Shown piece after piece: positions 34,867-44,719 of a DNA stretch of 52,401 bases (position 1 is its first letter; each line of letters starts with the position of its first letter). The stretch is taken from contig JAUSNA010000016.1 in NCBI GenBank assembly GCA_030645455.1, positions 1 to 52,401 of the forward strand, given 5' to 3'. Origin of the DNA: Candidatus Levyibacteriota bacterium (GTDB lineage: Bacteria > Patescibacteriota > Microgenomatia > Levybacterales > GWA1-39-11). The notes under the pieces were generated by a model that was not told the origin of the DNA, searched no databases, and was given only the letters and a program-made list of their open reading frames with translations. The translations under genes were made by a program, and so were the position numbers.

Positions 34867-37800
34867 CTTCTATCGGCCCTTTCTTGCCCCAAACAATTCT
34901 TCTTAAGCTTCCATCGGGCTGGAATTTGTATACCCAAGCAGCTGTGGATTTATAAGTGTCTTGAGAAACTTCCTCAATGTTATTAACTTGGTGTATCTGA
35001 ATATTTTCATTTTTGAATGCAAACCACACCGCGTCATTCAAACCAACAGGAAATACCCAAGCGTCACCGTTTTTAACAGGCACGTTGGAAAAATATATAT
35101 CTGACTTTGTATCTTTTTTTGACCACGGATCAGCATAGTGGGAATCAATAGAAGTTAGAAAATTCTTAACTTTTTCACCGGACCCATTCCACTCTATCAT
35201 TGCTTGCTGAGCTTGAATGATATGAAATAGACTGAAAACAGAGAACAGAGTGACAACCGATGCAATGGCAACATCTTTTCCATAATATGTAATGTATCTG
35301 AATATTTTACTGCCCAACATGACGACAAGCATGATTATTCCAAAGGAAGCAAGGTATGAGTAACGGAAAGTTATATTGCCTAACCCCAAAAAGGGAATAA
35401 GACAAATGATAAAAAATAATGCTGAAAACAACGCGATACGTTTTTCTTGCCTGTCCAACGATTTCACAAACGTCTTAATAACAAAGAACAGCACAAAGGT
35501 AAATATTATGCCAATGATAACTGCCATTGGAATATTTGTTTTTGTGATAAGCCGAATTTTTTCATACAAGGGATAGCTTAAAGGCCCAAAGATTGAAATA
35601 AGTAAATAGCCGAATATATTTCCCGCAATATTTAAGGGAAGTTTTAATAAATTATAACTATAATCACCACCAAACCAATGTGTTTGGGCAAAATAACGTA
35701 TTCCAAGATAAAAAATATTCGGAGCAAAAAGCAACAGGTTCACTTTTTGCTTCAAAACGTTTAGTACTTTTCTATAACCTAAATTCTCTTGCGCGAATAA
35801 AGCATATGCAATCATTAAGAACGGGGAAATAATTCCCTGCTCATAAAAAGCGAGTGAGAACAAAGATGAGAGTAATGAAAATACAAGATAATAGATTTTT
35901 CTCTTTTCATACCATTGAATAAATAACAGCAAAGAAGAAAGTATAAAAACTGCACTAAAAAGATGACCCGTTGAGGATATCCACAAAACTATCTCCAAAT
36001 ACCCGCTTGCAATAAGAAAAATGAAACTTGAAGCAGAGGCCAGCAGATTTTTTTTAAGAATTTTGCGTGCAATAAGGTAAAGCAAAACAGCCACGATAAA
36101 ATGGAGAGCAACAGAAACAAAATGGTATACGATCTGATTTAACCAAAAGAGTGGATACATCAATAAGAAGTATGTTTTTGTACCCGGCCTGTAGAAAAAT
36201 CCTTCAGAATTAAAGAAATACTGGGAAATAATCGATGGTACCGATGAGCACGAATTTCCCGGCAATTTACAATCGGCAGCCCAACGGAACCATGTAAAAT
36301 CATCTCCTATAAAATAGGCGCTAAGACTTGTTGAGAATACTGTTACGGTAAGTAACAATAAATAAACAATAACGGCGTAAGAAGATGTAAGCGCTGAGAA
36401 AATCTCTCTATATAAATTAAAGTGTTTTGTTTGGTACAAAGAAAGTATACCTATGACAATGCCGACAAGAAGCCATAATTGAAACGCGACTTTTGATGCC
36501 TCAAATACATCAATAAGAATTGCATTAAGTGAAAGACCAATTACTCCTGCGGTAAAACCCAAGACAAAACTCCGAAGCACTCGCGACTCAACATTCGGCA
36601 ATGTTTTTTTTATATAAATTCCTAAAATCAAAAATATCAATACAAAAGATAGTGTCCCAAAAAGTCCTGTCTCACCAAGCATCCGGTAATAATTATTGTC
36701 AACCGCAAGACTCACCGATCCATATCCGCTACCCAAAAATAGATTTCTACCAAAAGCCAAAAGGGCATTTGGCCATTCCCCTTGAAAACGTGTTGTAAAT
36801 GAAAGGTCGTAAGCACTGGCGCGCTTTACTAAATAATCACCCGGAATTCGCTTTACTGTCGCCGCAGTTGTTGATCCTTTCGGAGGATATTCATAGAAAA
36901 AATTAGTGAGTCTTTTAGTCACGGGGGAAAGCGAAAGGTTGATATATCCACTCCCTTGGGGCAAAGTCTCACCGGTTGAGGTAATTTCTGCGGGAACAAT
37001 TGCTGCCTCTCGGGGAAGACGCAATGGAATAAGGTGGATTGGGACTCCTTCTTTAATGGCGCGTTCCCTCTCGAGATTTGATATTACAATTTCCTTCCCA
37101 ACAGCAATCTCATCTTTTACAATAATTTTGTCATAAAGATAATCCCTTGGGAAAAAAGTGACATGACCGATTGCAACGCCACTATTTGCCTCAACTAATA
37201 CATCTACTTCCTTTACTGTATTTCCAAACCGTGCAAGGAGAGACTGCTGAGAGAGCAAAAATAGTGCTCCGCCAATACAAATTATGGGCGCAAGCATTAG
37301 AAATGTTTTACGCTTGTGAAACAAAAAAACAAAAAAGAGCGCTATAAAAAGAACAAAAAACGATACTCTTGAAACAGTCATAAAAAGTAATGCAAATCCT
37401 AAAAGTGAAGAGATAAGCACTATCAGCCTTAAAAAGATATTTTTGAACCCGAAGAAAAGACTAACAAGTATTGGAATGACAAGCACAAGATACGCAGCCA
37501 AATCATAATGTCCGGCAAAAGTTGATGAAATTCTATTTAACGGAGATATGATGATCGGAATCCCCTTTGCATACTCTTCGTTCATCGTAAGATATGCGGG
37601 AAGAGAAAGATATTTTTGTCCAAAGCCATATGCTACTACGCCTAAAAGTGTCGCAACAACAGTCCATACCGCAGCAAGTGCGAACTTCTTACTTTTGACA
37701 GCAGAATAGGCAACAAAAAATAGACTTAGATATTCAATGTGCCGCAAATAAGCAAGAAGTGCAACATTGGGAAAAACATTTGAAATTGTAGGGAAAATAA

Positions 37801-38071
37801 CGACAACCCCATGAATAGTCGCAACGGCACCGATAGTCCAGAAAGCAAGGATCGGTATAGTCAGCGGAGTCTTTAAGGTTACCTCTTTTTTCAACAACAA
37901 ATAGAACCATATACCCAAAACAAGAAAAACAAGAAAATCCTCTACCCTTATATATACCCAGGTATTTTGTATATCGACTAATGGAAGCTTGGGATATAGC
38001 GGAATAAAAGCAAGTAAAAATAACACCAACGACGGAAGAATGTACTTTTTGATCTTATCGAAAAACTTCAT
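34856..38071 (-). CDS. O-antigen-ligase-like domain fused to a GT-C-like domain
   Basis: N-half has RISSTFAGHYDLAAYL, TVSR and DNNYYRMLGETG (Wzy_C/WaaL-like). C-half has GDDFTW, FYRP and FRYSY in a multi-TM scaffold (GT-C-like). Confidence 0.75.
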   Translation of the reverse strand: MKFFDKIKKYILPSLVLFLLAFIPLYPKLPLVDIQNTWVYIRVEDFLVFLVLGIWFYLLLKKEVTLKTPLTIPILAFWTIGAVATIHGVVVIFPTISNVFPNVALLAYLRHIEYLSLFFVAYSAVKSKKFALAAVWTVVATLLGVVAYGFGQKYLSLPAYLTMNEEYAKGIPIIISPLNRISSTFAGHYDLAAYLVLVIPILVSLFFGFKNIFLRLIVLISSLLGFALLFMTVSRVSFFVLFIALFFVFLFHKRKTFLMLAPIICIGGALFLLSQQSLLARFGNTVKEVDVLVEANSGVAIGHVTFFPRDYLYDKIIVKDEIAVGKEIVISNLERERAIKEGVPIHLIPLRLPREAAIVPAEITSTGETLPQGSGYINLSLSPVTKRLTNFFYEYPPKGSTTAATVKRIPGDYLVKRASAYDLSFTTRFQGEWPNALLAFGRNLFLGSGYGSVSLAVDNNYYRMLGETGLFGTLSFVLIFLILGIYIKKTLPNVESRVLRSFVLGFTAGVIGLSLNAILIDVFEASKVAFQLWLLVGIVIGILSLYQTKHFNLYREIFSALTSSYAVIVYLLLLTVTVFSTSLSAYFIGDDFTWFRWAADCKLPGNSCSSVPSIISQYFFNSEGFFYRPGTKTYFLLMYPLFWLNQIVYHFVSVALHFIVAVLLYLIARKILKKNLLASASSFIFLIASGYLEIVLWISSTGHLFSAVFILSSLLLFIQWYEKRKIYYLVFSLLSSLFSLAFYEQGIISPFLMIAYALFAQENLGYRKVLNVLKQKVNLLLFAPNIFYLGIRYFAQTHWFGGDYSYNLLKLPLNIAGNIFGYLLISIFGPLSYPLYEKIRLITKTNIPMAVIIGIIFTFVLFFVIKTFVKSLDRQEKRIALFSALFFIICLIPFLGLGNITFRYSYLASFGIIMLVVMLGSKIFRYITYYGKDVAIASVVTLFSVFSLFHIIQAQQAMIEWNGSGEKVKNFLTSIDSHYADPWSKKDTKSDIYFSNVPVKNGDAWVFPVGLNDAVWFAFKNENIQIHQVNNIEEVSQDTYKSTAAWVYKFQPDGSLRRIVWGKKGPIEDDK

Positions 38072-38943
38072 GATATAGTCTTGAGAGCCTTTGTATATGT
38101 ACTAACTAAGTCTTTTTTATCCAGTACACTCCCAAGAAAAATTATAGACGCCGCCTTTATACTAAGCAAGTTCTTAACGCATTGGACCATTAAGAATGAG
38201 GCGTGTTTTTCATAAAATGTAATAAGACCTTTGTAGATATTTACTATTGCAAATTCACGGCTGGAGCTTCCTTGCCCTTTGTGGATGATTTTTGCAAACG
38301 GTATAAAACGGGTCTCATACCCCATCTGTCGTGCCCGATAGCAAATATCCATATCCTCAACATACATAAAATAGTCCTCATCAAAACCTTTGAGTTTTTT
38401 GTAAGCCTCGGTGCGAAATGCCACAAACCCTCCGCTCACATAATCAACCTGCCTTTCCTTTTTAGGTGAAAAACGCAACCCAAATGCATCCTCCACTCCT
38501 AAGCAAAAAAGCAAAATCGTAAATAGGTTATAAAATTTACCTGCGGTCTTTTCTCTCTTTCCTTCTTCTTTCTCAATTACCAGACCCGCAATTGCCAATT
38601 TTTTGTTAGCATGAAAAGCACCTATTACCTTTTCAAAGTCAGAAGTCGCAAGCGTTGCATCCGGATTAATGACTATTAGTATCTCGCCTGTCGCATGGGA
38701 TGCGGCAACATTTATGCCCTTTGCGTAACCGCAATTTTTGTCATTTTGGAAAAAATAGATATTACTTGTTACGTATTTTTTGATCTCTTCGCTGCTGCCA
38801 TCGGTAGATGCATTATCAACGATTATAACCTCATATAATCCGTTTTTTATCTCACTTCCAACTTCTTTCTCAATAGATGAAAACAAATTCTTAAAATAAT
38901 GTGAGGAATTATATGTGAGGATAAGAAATGAGATTGTGGGCAT
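38068..38943 (-). CDS. GT2 glycosyltransferase
   Basis: VDNASTD, NPD and GFDEDYFMYVEDMDICYR motifs. Confidence 0.92.
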   Translation of the reverse strand: MPTISFLILTYNSSHYFKNLFSSIEKEVGSEIKNGLYEVIIVDNASTDGSSEEIKKYVTSNIYFFQNDKNCGYAKGINVAASHATGEILIVINPDATLATSDFEKVIGAFHANKKLAIAGLVIEKEEGKREKTAGKFYNLFTILLFCLGVEDAFGLRFSPKKERQVDYVSGGFVAFRTEAYKKLKGFDEDYFMYVEDMDICYRARQMGYETRFIPFAKIIHKGQGSSSREFAIVNIYKGLITFYEKHASFLMVQCVKNLLSIKAASIIFLGSVLDKKDLVSTYTKALKTIS

Positions 38944-38947
38944 AGTA

Positions 38948-39502
38948 TTAACGGAACCAAGCAGCCCTTCCTAACCGGTAGTTAAGACTTTTTTCCTCCC
39001 GTGTCCCAATTTCTTTTGCAGGTACTCCTCCAACTATTGTCAAAGCGGCAACATCTTTCACAACAACTGCTCCGGCAGCAACAACAGCCCCTCGACCCAA
39101 AGTTACACCGGGCAAAATTATCGCCCGAGGTCCTATAAATACGTAATCCTCGATAACAACCTTATCCATTCTTGCCTTCGTAAATTCTTGAGAATGGATA
39201 TCGTGCTCTGCGTTGTAAATCATTACATTTGAGGCAATATCAACGTGATCTCCAATTTGAAGGCGTGCTCTTCCATCCAAAACCGCCCACTCACCTATTA
39301 TTGTGTCCTTCCCAATTGATATATTTGTCGGGTTATAAAAAGAAGCAAACATGTGTATAGTTGAACCTTTCCCAATAGCTACACCAAACAAACGGTAAAT
39401 AAATCTCCTATAATGATGAAACGGCACGTATCCCGCAAACCTGAGTTTTGCACAAACCAACTCGTTCCAAACTGCTCCCATTCTTCTTCCGATTTTATCC
39501 AT
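38948..39502 (-). CDS. Hexapeptide-repeat sugar O-acyltransferase
   Basis: IEDYVFIG, ILPGVTLG..AVVAAGAVV and GGVPAK motifs. Confidence 0.9.
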   Translation of the reverse strand: MDKIGRRMGAVWNELVCAKLRFAGYVPFHHYRRFIYRLFGVAIGKGSTIHMFASFYNPTNISIGKDTIIGEWAVLDGRARLQIGDHVDIASNVMIYNAEHDIHSQEFTKARMDKVVIEDYVFIGPRAIILPGVTLGRGAVVAAGAVVVKDVAALTIVGGVPAKEIGTREEKSLNYRLGRAAWFR

Positions 39503-39503
39503 A

Positions 39504-40628
39504 TTATTTCGCAGATACTACTTTTTCAACAGCTGCAAGCACTTCACTGGCTGCCTTTTCCCACGTAAATTTTTTATAATGAATGTTCCCCTTATCTATC
39601 ATTGATTGTCTCAAGGTATTATCTTTAAGAACTTCACTTATTTTGTCTGCAATTTCTTGTGTATTTTCAGGATCAACATACAAAGCGGCATCTCCTCCGG
39701 CTTCCGGAAGACTTGAAATATTACTCGTGATTACAGGACACCCATATCGCATCGCTTCAAGTACGGGTAGTCCGAATCCCTCATACAAACTTGGCAATAC
39801 GAAAACCTCAGCTTTTCTATAGAATTGTGGTAGATCATGGTCTTTAACATAGTCCAAAAAAAGTGTATCTTTTTCTACTCCATATTTTTTTGGAGCATTT
39901 AAAATATCTTCATACAACCAACCTTTTTTTCCAACAATAACTAGCTGATATTCCTCTTGGATCTTCCGGGGAAGTATAGAAAATGCTTCAATAAGGCGTG
40001 AAATATTTTTTCTCGGCTGAAGGGTTCCAACAAAAAGAATGAATTTTTTTGTTATGCCAAAATCTTTCAGATCGGAGGGCGTTTGTTCCATAGATAGCAT
40101 CTTTAATCCAAGATGAACAACAGATATTTTGTCATCGGGGATTTTATAGTACTTAATTATATCATCTTTAGTGCTTTTACTAATGGTTATGATCCGACTT
40201 GCCTTCTTGACTGAATACTCAGTCCACCTTGTAAGCTGAAATAAATCATTCTTTCTAAAAGTCTCCGGAAAATGAAGAAATGAAAGATCCATGACCGAAA
40301 CAATAGTCGGAACCGGCGCTATGCGGGGAGCATAATGGGTAAGCGTGAGAAAAACATCCGGTCTTTTTAGCGTTGTTACAAGGTGGAAAGGAAGCCCAAT
40401 TTGAGTCCACAATTTTGCCGGTTTGACAACTTTATACTTCCACCATTCAGTCTCTTCGGGCAATTCTCCGAGAGGATTTGATTTCAAATAAATTACGAAT
40501 GTGTAATTATTTTTTTTATGCTTTCTAAATTCGTAAAGATTTAAAAGAATTTGATAAGCATATTCCGAAATCCCCACCCTCCTTTCAACATTTGCCTCAT
40601 TGGCGTCTATTCCTATAATCATACTCAT
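39504..40628 (-). CDS. GT4 glycosyltransferase (MtfB-like)
   Basis: [24 protein letters not shown] and FTWEK motifs. Confidence 0.93.
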   Translation of the reverse strand: MSMIIGIDANEANVERRVGISEYAYQILLNLYEFRKHKKNNYTFVIYLKSNPLGELPEETEWWKYKVVKPAKLWTQIGLPFHLVTTLKRPDVFLTLTHYAPRIAPVPTIVSVMDLSFLHFPETFRKNDLFQLTRWTEYSVKKASRIITISKSTKDDIIKYYKIPDDKISVVHLGLKMLSMEQTPSDLKDFGITKKFILFVGTLQPRKNISRLIEAFSILPRKIQEEYQLVIVGKKGWLYEDILNAPKKYGVEKDTLFLDYVKDHDLPQFYRKAEVFVLPSLYEGFGLPVLEAMRYGCPVITSNISSLPEAGGDAALYVDPENTQEIADKISEVLKDNTLRQSMIDKGNIHYKKFTWEKAASEVLAAVEKVVSAK

Positions 40629-40657
40629 ATTTATTATTTTTTCTGTAAATAATCCGG

Positions 40658-41194
40658 CTATATTGTTATTCCGGGATAAATAACCTTCAATTTTGATTGA
40701 TCAAATCCTAAAATTTTAATTGCATCATTTTTTGTCGCCTCAGAAATACAAAAAATTAAATCGCATTCTTTTTTAACCCATGCAAGTTTTTTCTTTTGGA
40801 CTTTTATTATTTTTTCATGAGTCTCAGCAGGATATTTATATACTATTAGATCATATAATATTGTTGCCTTTATGGCCTTTCTCACCGGAGCTTCAGTCCA
40901 ATCGGACGAAACAAAAATATCAATATCACCAACAAAAAATTCTATCGGGACTTGATGTACGACGTTCCACAAAAGATGAAGTCCTGATGGCGGAATTTTT
41001 TTTAAGACAGTGGTCACATTTTTTTTATTTTCCAATTTTTTAATGGACTCGGGCAACTTTCCCCGTAGGCTTGAAAAAAACAAAATAAATTCGTGAGATT
41101 CATTTGCCACCAATTTATTAACCAGATTTTCAAGATAATTGGCAACACCGGTATTTGGATATGCAAGCTGGCTTATATCTATAGCTATTCTCAT
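40658..41194 (-). CDS. GT4 N-terminal domain only
   Basis: IAID, TGVANY, YDL, ISEATK and VIYPG, then a stop. The nucleotide-sugar-binding C-domain is absent. Confidence 0.75.
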   Translation of the reverse strand: MRIAIDISQLAYPNTGVANYLENLVNKLVANESHEFILFFSSLRGKLPESIKKLENKKNVTTVLKKIPPSGLHLLWNVVHQVPIEFFVGDIDIFVSSDWTEAPVRKAIKATILYDLIVYKYPAETHEKIIKVQKKKLAWVKKECDLIFCISEATKNDAIKILGFDQSKLKVIYPGITI

Positions 41195-42078
41195 TATGTT
41201 TTTTTAATTTTTCTTGTTTTCTTATGCTCCAGATAACCTAAAAAGTGCATTAATTCAACAATTATTGTCAACCTCTGATAACGGCGCTTCAAAATGAATT
41301 GCTCACGCTCTCCTTTTTCCTCGTTTTCTTTCTGTTTCTCAGGATAAACAAAAGGTACTGTTACAGATTTTACTCTGTATCCTTGGAATAACGCCTTTAC
41401 AATCGGAAAAAATTGCCCATTAGAATATTCTTCCAGATCAAAAAGCCTACTCGTAAGAATCCCGTTAAATGGGTGTCCGTCATATTTGGAAAAAATTTTC
41501 TTTAGCATTACGTGGTCATTTGCAAAAACTCTTGCACCGAAGAACGTATCAAACCCTTCGTGCTGTGCGGATAGCAAACCATATGACCTTAGGGCTTCAT
41601 TGTAAAGAAGGTTGCCCTCAATTTCCGATTCGTACATGTATTTTGGGTATGATTTTTGAAATAAAGAGTTTTCTCTTTTTGGGATTACAATATCTGCTTC
41701 TTCGCTTAAAATAGGCTCGATTGATTGCGCCAGGCAGTCAGTAATAAACGAAACCTTCTCAATCTCCGTCATAACTATTGCCCTTACTCCGGGTATCTTT
41801 GATGCAGCAAAAAGAGCTTTCCGTCTTCCAGGAGAACGTTTGTGAATTTTTGATTGAAAAATCGTCACACCCGGTATCTTTTTAAGTTCAGAGAAGAAAG
41901 TTTTGGAGCTCCCTCCGTCAACAAGAACCATTTTATATCCCACTCCTATTGCAAAACGTACGGAATATAAAATAAGGTCCCCTCTAATTTTATCTGTATG
42001 TTTGATGCTTTTGAGCTTTCCCTTATACCATTTGGGCTGATATACAATTCCTATTATTGCGACTTCAGAGTTGGTCAT
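41194..42078 (-). CDS. Divergent GT-A fold protein (GT2-like)
   Basis: LVDGGS, TEIEK in place of DxD, and ADIVIPKR. Confidence 0.55.
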   Translation of the reverse strand: MTNSEVAIIGIVYQPKWYKGKLKSIKHTDKIRGDLILYSVRFAIGVGYKMVLVDGGSSKTFFSELKKIPGVTIFQSKIHKRSPGRRKALFAASKIPGVRAIVMTEIEKVSFITDCLAQSIEPILSEEADIVIPKRENSLFQKSYPKYMYESEIEGNLLYNEALRSYGLLSAQHEGFDTFFGARVFANDHVMLKKIFSKYDGHPFNGILTSRLFDLEEYSNGQFFPIVKALFQGYRVKSVTVPFVYPEKQKENEEKGEREQFILKRRYQRLTIIVELMHFLGYLEHKKTRKIKKT

Positions 42079-42087
42079 AATACTATT

Positions 42088-42300
42088 CTACTTTTTTTTA
42101 AAAAGGAAAAGAAGTGTAGCTATAAGTAGAAGGAAGAAGGCGTACTCAACAAATCTTTGAGCTGTAAAGAAAACCCAAAATTGAAATAACGGCATCGATA
42201 AAATAAGAAGTATAATCGCCGTAACAACAAATAATTTAGGTTTTCTGATATACAGCAACCCTGCCAACAATGCAATAAAGGCCAAGTCTTGAATCTTCAC
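42088..42300 (-). CDS. Small membrane protein
   Basis: 70 aa, strongly hydrophobic, GTG start. Own promoter TTGATT-17-CATAAT lies 6 nt upstream. Confidence 0.65.
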   Translation of the reverse strand: MKIQDLAFIALLAGLLYIRKPKLFVVTAIILLILSMPLFQFWVFFTAQRFVEYAFFLLLIATLLFLFKKK

Positions 42301-42358
42301 AATTTGATTATGTATAGAATGCGCTTTAAAATCAACATTTATTTGCTATACTTTGCAA

Positions 42359-42979
42359 ATGAAAACCTATTATGAAAGGTATTGGCAAAAAAAGGAAATA
42401 CTTGAAGATTTTCACTACAAATGGCCGGTCATAAAAAAATTTATTCCAACAAAAAGAAATATTCACATTCTCGATTTTGGGTGTGGCAAGGGAACTATTC
42501 TGACCGAGATGCAAAAAATAAATCCTCACGCATATTTTACTGCCGTTGATGTATCCCAAAAAGCACTGAATTTTATAAAGAAAAAAGACAAAAAAACAAT
42601 ATTACGCAAAATTCTGGATGGAGGAAGTATGCCATTCCAAGATAATTCATTCGATTTCATAATTGCCTCAGACGTCTTAGAACATGTTTACGACACTGAA
42701 AACGCTTTTTTTGAACTTTCAAGAGTCCTGAAAAATAAAGGAAAAATTCTTATATCAGTTCCCTATAACGGCATGATAAAAAGGACCCTGGTAGCTCTTT
42801 TCTTTTTTGAATTCATTTTTGAACCGTCAACACCTCATATCAGGTTGTACACAAAAAACAGTTTGACTAAATACCTCAATAAATACGGCATAAAGGTAGA
42901 GAAAGTTGGCTACTATGGTAGATTTTTCCCTTTCTCGAATGGAATGTATATGATTGGTGTGAAAAACAAGAAAAAGTAA
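42359..42979 (+). CDS. Class I SAM-dependent methyltransferase
   Basis: LDFGCGKG, PFQDNSFD, DVLEHV and RVLK..G motifs. Extended -10 TGcTATACT lies 6 nt before ATG 42359. Confidence 0.92.
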   Translation: MKTYYERYWQKKEILEDFHYKWPVIKKFIPTKRNIHILDFGCGKGTILTEMQKINPHAYFTAVDVSQKALNFIKKKDKKTILRKILDGGSMPFQDNSFDFIIASDVLEHVYDTENAFFELSRVLKNKGKILISVPYNGMIKRTLVALFFFEFIFEPSTPHIRLYTKNSLTKYLNKYGIKVEKVGYYGRFFPFSNGMYMIGVKNKKK

Positions 42980-42990
42980 TAATTTTTATA

Positions 42991-44127
42991 ATGTCAGACA
43001 AAAGTGTTATCTATGTTAATTTTTCTCCGTATGACAATACAGGAAGAACGCTTGATTTCTTAATCGAAAATTACTCTTTCGTTGCACATTTTTCATTTGA
43101 CCATTTAAGGCTTAAAAATGACCGGCGTGCGCATCTGTCGATATATGTAAAAGGTAAATGTGTTGGCCAACAAAATCTTTCATGGCTAAAAACCCACCCC
43201 ATTCTATTATTTCCCTCTCTTCCAATTGTTGCCATAGCAATGTTTGTCGAAACATTTTGGTACTCATATCTTATCAGTAAGCAAATTGGTAAATTTGACA
43301 CTTATCTTACGGTCAATGCATTCCCCGCGGTGACCGGAATAATACTCAAAAAGCTGGGAATTGTGAAACGGACCGTTTTTTGGGTGTGGGATTATTTTCC
43401 TACAAATTTTCCCGACTGGAGAATGAAGCTAATTAGAATTGTATACCTATACTTTGACAAGGCTGCTTTAGAATTCTCCGATAAGGTTGTCTACCTAAAT
43501 AATTTCTTGAGAAAATCAAGACGGGTAAAAGCATCCTCCCTCGGCAACAAAAATTCTATTATTCCTATCGGTACAGATCCTAGAAGCTTTGTGAGTGAAA
43601 AAAGAAATATCGTGGGTCACATGGGCCTCATAAAGGAAAGCCAGGGACTTGCAATCCTTTTTGACAATCTTGAGGAATTCTTTAAGAAATTCCCTGACTA
43701 TACTATTGAGATAATAGGAACGGGACCAGAGGTTGAAAAATATATAAGACAATCAAAAAAATATTATGACAGAATTAAATTTTATGGATTTATGGAACAA
43801 GCCGACACAATTGATGCACTTATTTGCAAATGGAAAGTTGGCTTAGCAACGTACATCCCTACCACATGGAGTGAGCATTATTGGGGAGATCCCTCCAAAA
43901 TCAAGGCTTATATTGCCAATGGTGTTCCCGTTGTAACAACATCAGTTCCGGAATTTTCACATCAATTAAAAATAAACCATGCCGGATTGGTCATCCCCTA
44001 CGATAAAAATGCATTATTCTCTGCTATCAATACTGTGATTAAAAGAAACGAAGAATTTTCGAAAAATGCAATTAGACTTTCAAAAGAGTATTACTATAAG
44101 AAGATTTATAAACAACTTTTAAAATAA
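42991..44127 (+). CDS. GT4-like glycosyltransferase
   Basis: IIGTG and DPSKIKAYIANGVPVVTT motifs. Paralogous to 44716-45930. Confidence 0.85.
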   Translation: MSDKSVIYVNFSPYDNTGRTLDFLIENYSFVAHFSFDHLRLKNDRRAHLSIYVKGKCVGQQNLSWLKTHPILLFPSLPIVAIAMFVETFWYSYLISKQIGKFDTYLTVNAFPAVTGIILKKLGIVKRTVFWVWDYFPTNFPDWRMKLIRIVYLYFDKAALEFSDKVVYLNNFLRKSRRVKASSLGNKNSIIPIGTDPRSFVSEKRNIVGHMGLIKESQGLAILFDNLEEFFKKFPDYTIEIIGTGPEVEKYIRQSKKYYDRIKFYGFMEQADTIDALICKWKVGLATYIPTTWSEHYWGDPSKIKAYIANGVPVVTTSVPEFSHQLKINHAGLVIPYDKNALFSAINTVIKRNEEFSKNAIRLSKEYYYKKIYKQLLK

Positions 44128-44128
44128 T

Positions 44129-44719
44129 TTACTTCGCAAATTCTAAAATATACATTTTTCCAAAGGGTAACAAATCCTCGTATCCTGCAGGGTGATAAGA
44201 AATAGTATTTTTAAGACCAAATTTTTGAAATACATTCTTCCACTGCTTAATCGTTTTAAAATTATAAGGCAAAGGTGTGTTATCGAACTTCAAAATATTA
44301 AAAAACCAATCAAAAAACCGCATGAAAGGAATTTCGAGTTTTGAGTGAGGAATCGACTCGACAATAATTACTCTCCCCTTGCTAACCCGGACACACTCCC
44401 TAATAATCGCCTGAGGATTATCACAATGGTGTAATACATAGAAGGCGATAGTCGTATCAAAAAATTCATCTTTGAAAGGCAATTTCTTGCCATCGTATTG
44501 AACAAATTCAAGCTTTTTGTTTGTTGGTTTTCTCATTAGAGGAATAACGTCAACACCGGTTATTTGTGTTTTTTTATAACGAGAAGCAATCTGCCGGGAT
44601 AATTCCATGTCTCCGCATCCAAAATCCAATATTCTCTCTCCGTCTACTAAGTAAGGCCTCAACAATCCAAACTTCCAAATACTATTCTTTTTTTTTATTT
44701 TTTTGTAAATATTTATCAT
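44129..44719 (-). CDS. Class I SAM-dependent methyltransferase
   Basis: ILDFGCG, YDGKKLPF, VLHH and RVSK motifs. Confidence 0.9.
   Translation of the reverse strand: MINIYKKIKKKNSIWKFGLLRPYLVDGERILDFGCGDMELSRQIASRYKKTQITGVDVIPLMRKPTNKKLEFVQYDGKKLPFKDEFFDTTIAFYVLHHCDNPQAIIRECVRVSKGRVIIVESIPHSKLEIPFMRFFDWFFNILKFDNTPLPYNFKTIKQWKNVFQKFGLKNTISYHPAGYEDLLPFGKMYILEFAK

Noticed and set aside
42349-44141. 11/12 direct repeat (TACTTTGCAAAT 42349-42360 vs TACTTCGCAAAT 44130-44141) around the plus-strand gene pair, as a third 3'-end duplication
   Set aside because: It is short and AT-rich, and the left copy coincides with a -10 box and start codon, so chance is plausible.
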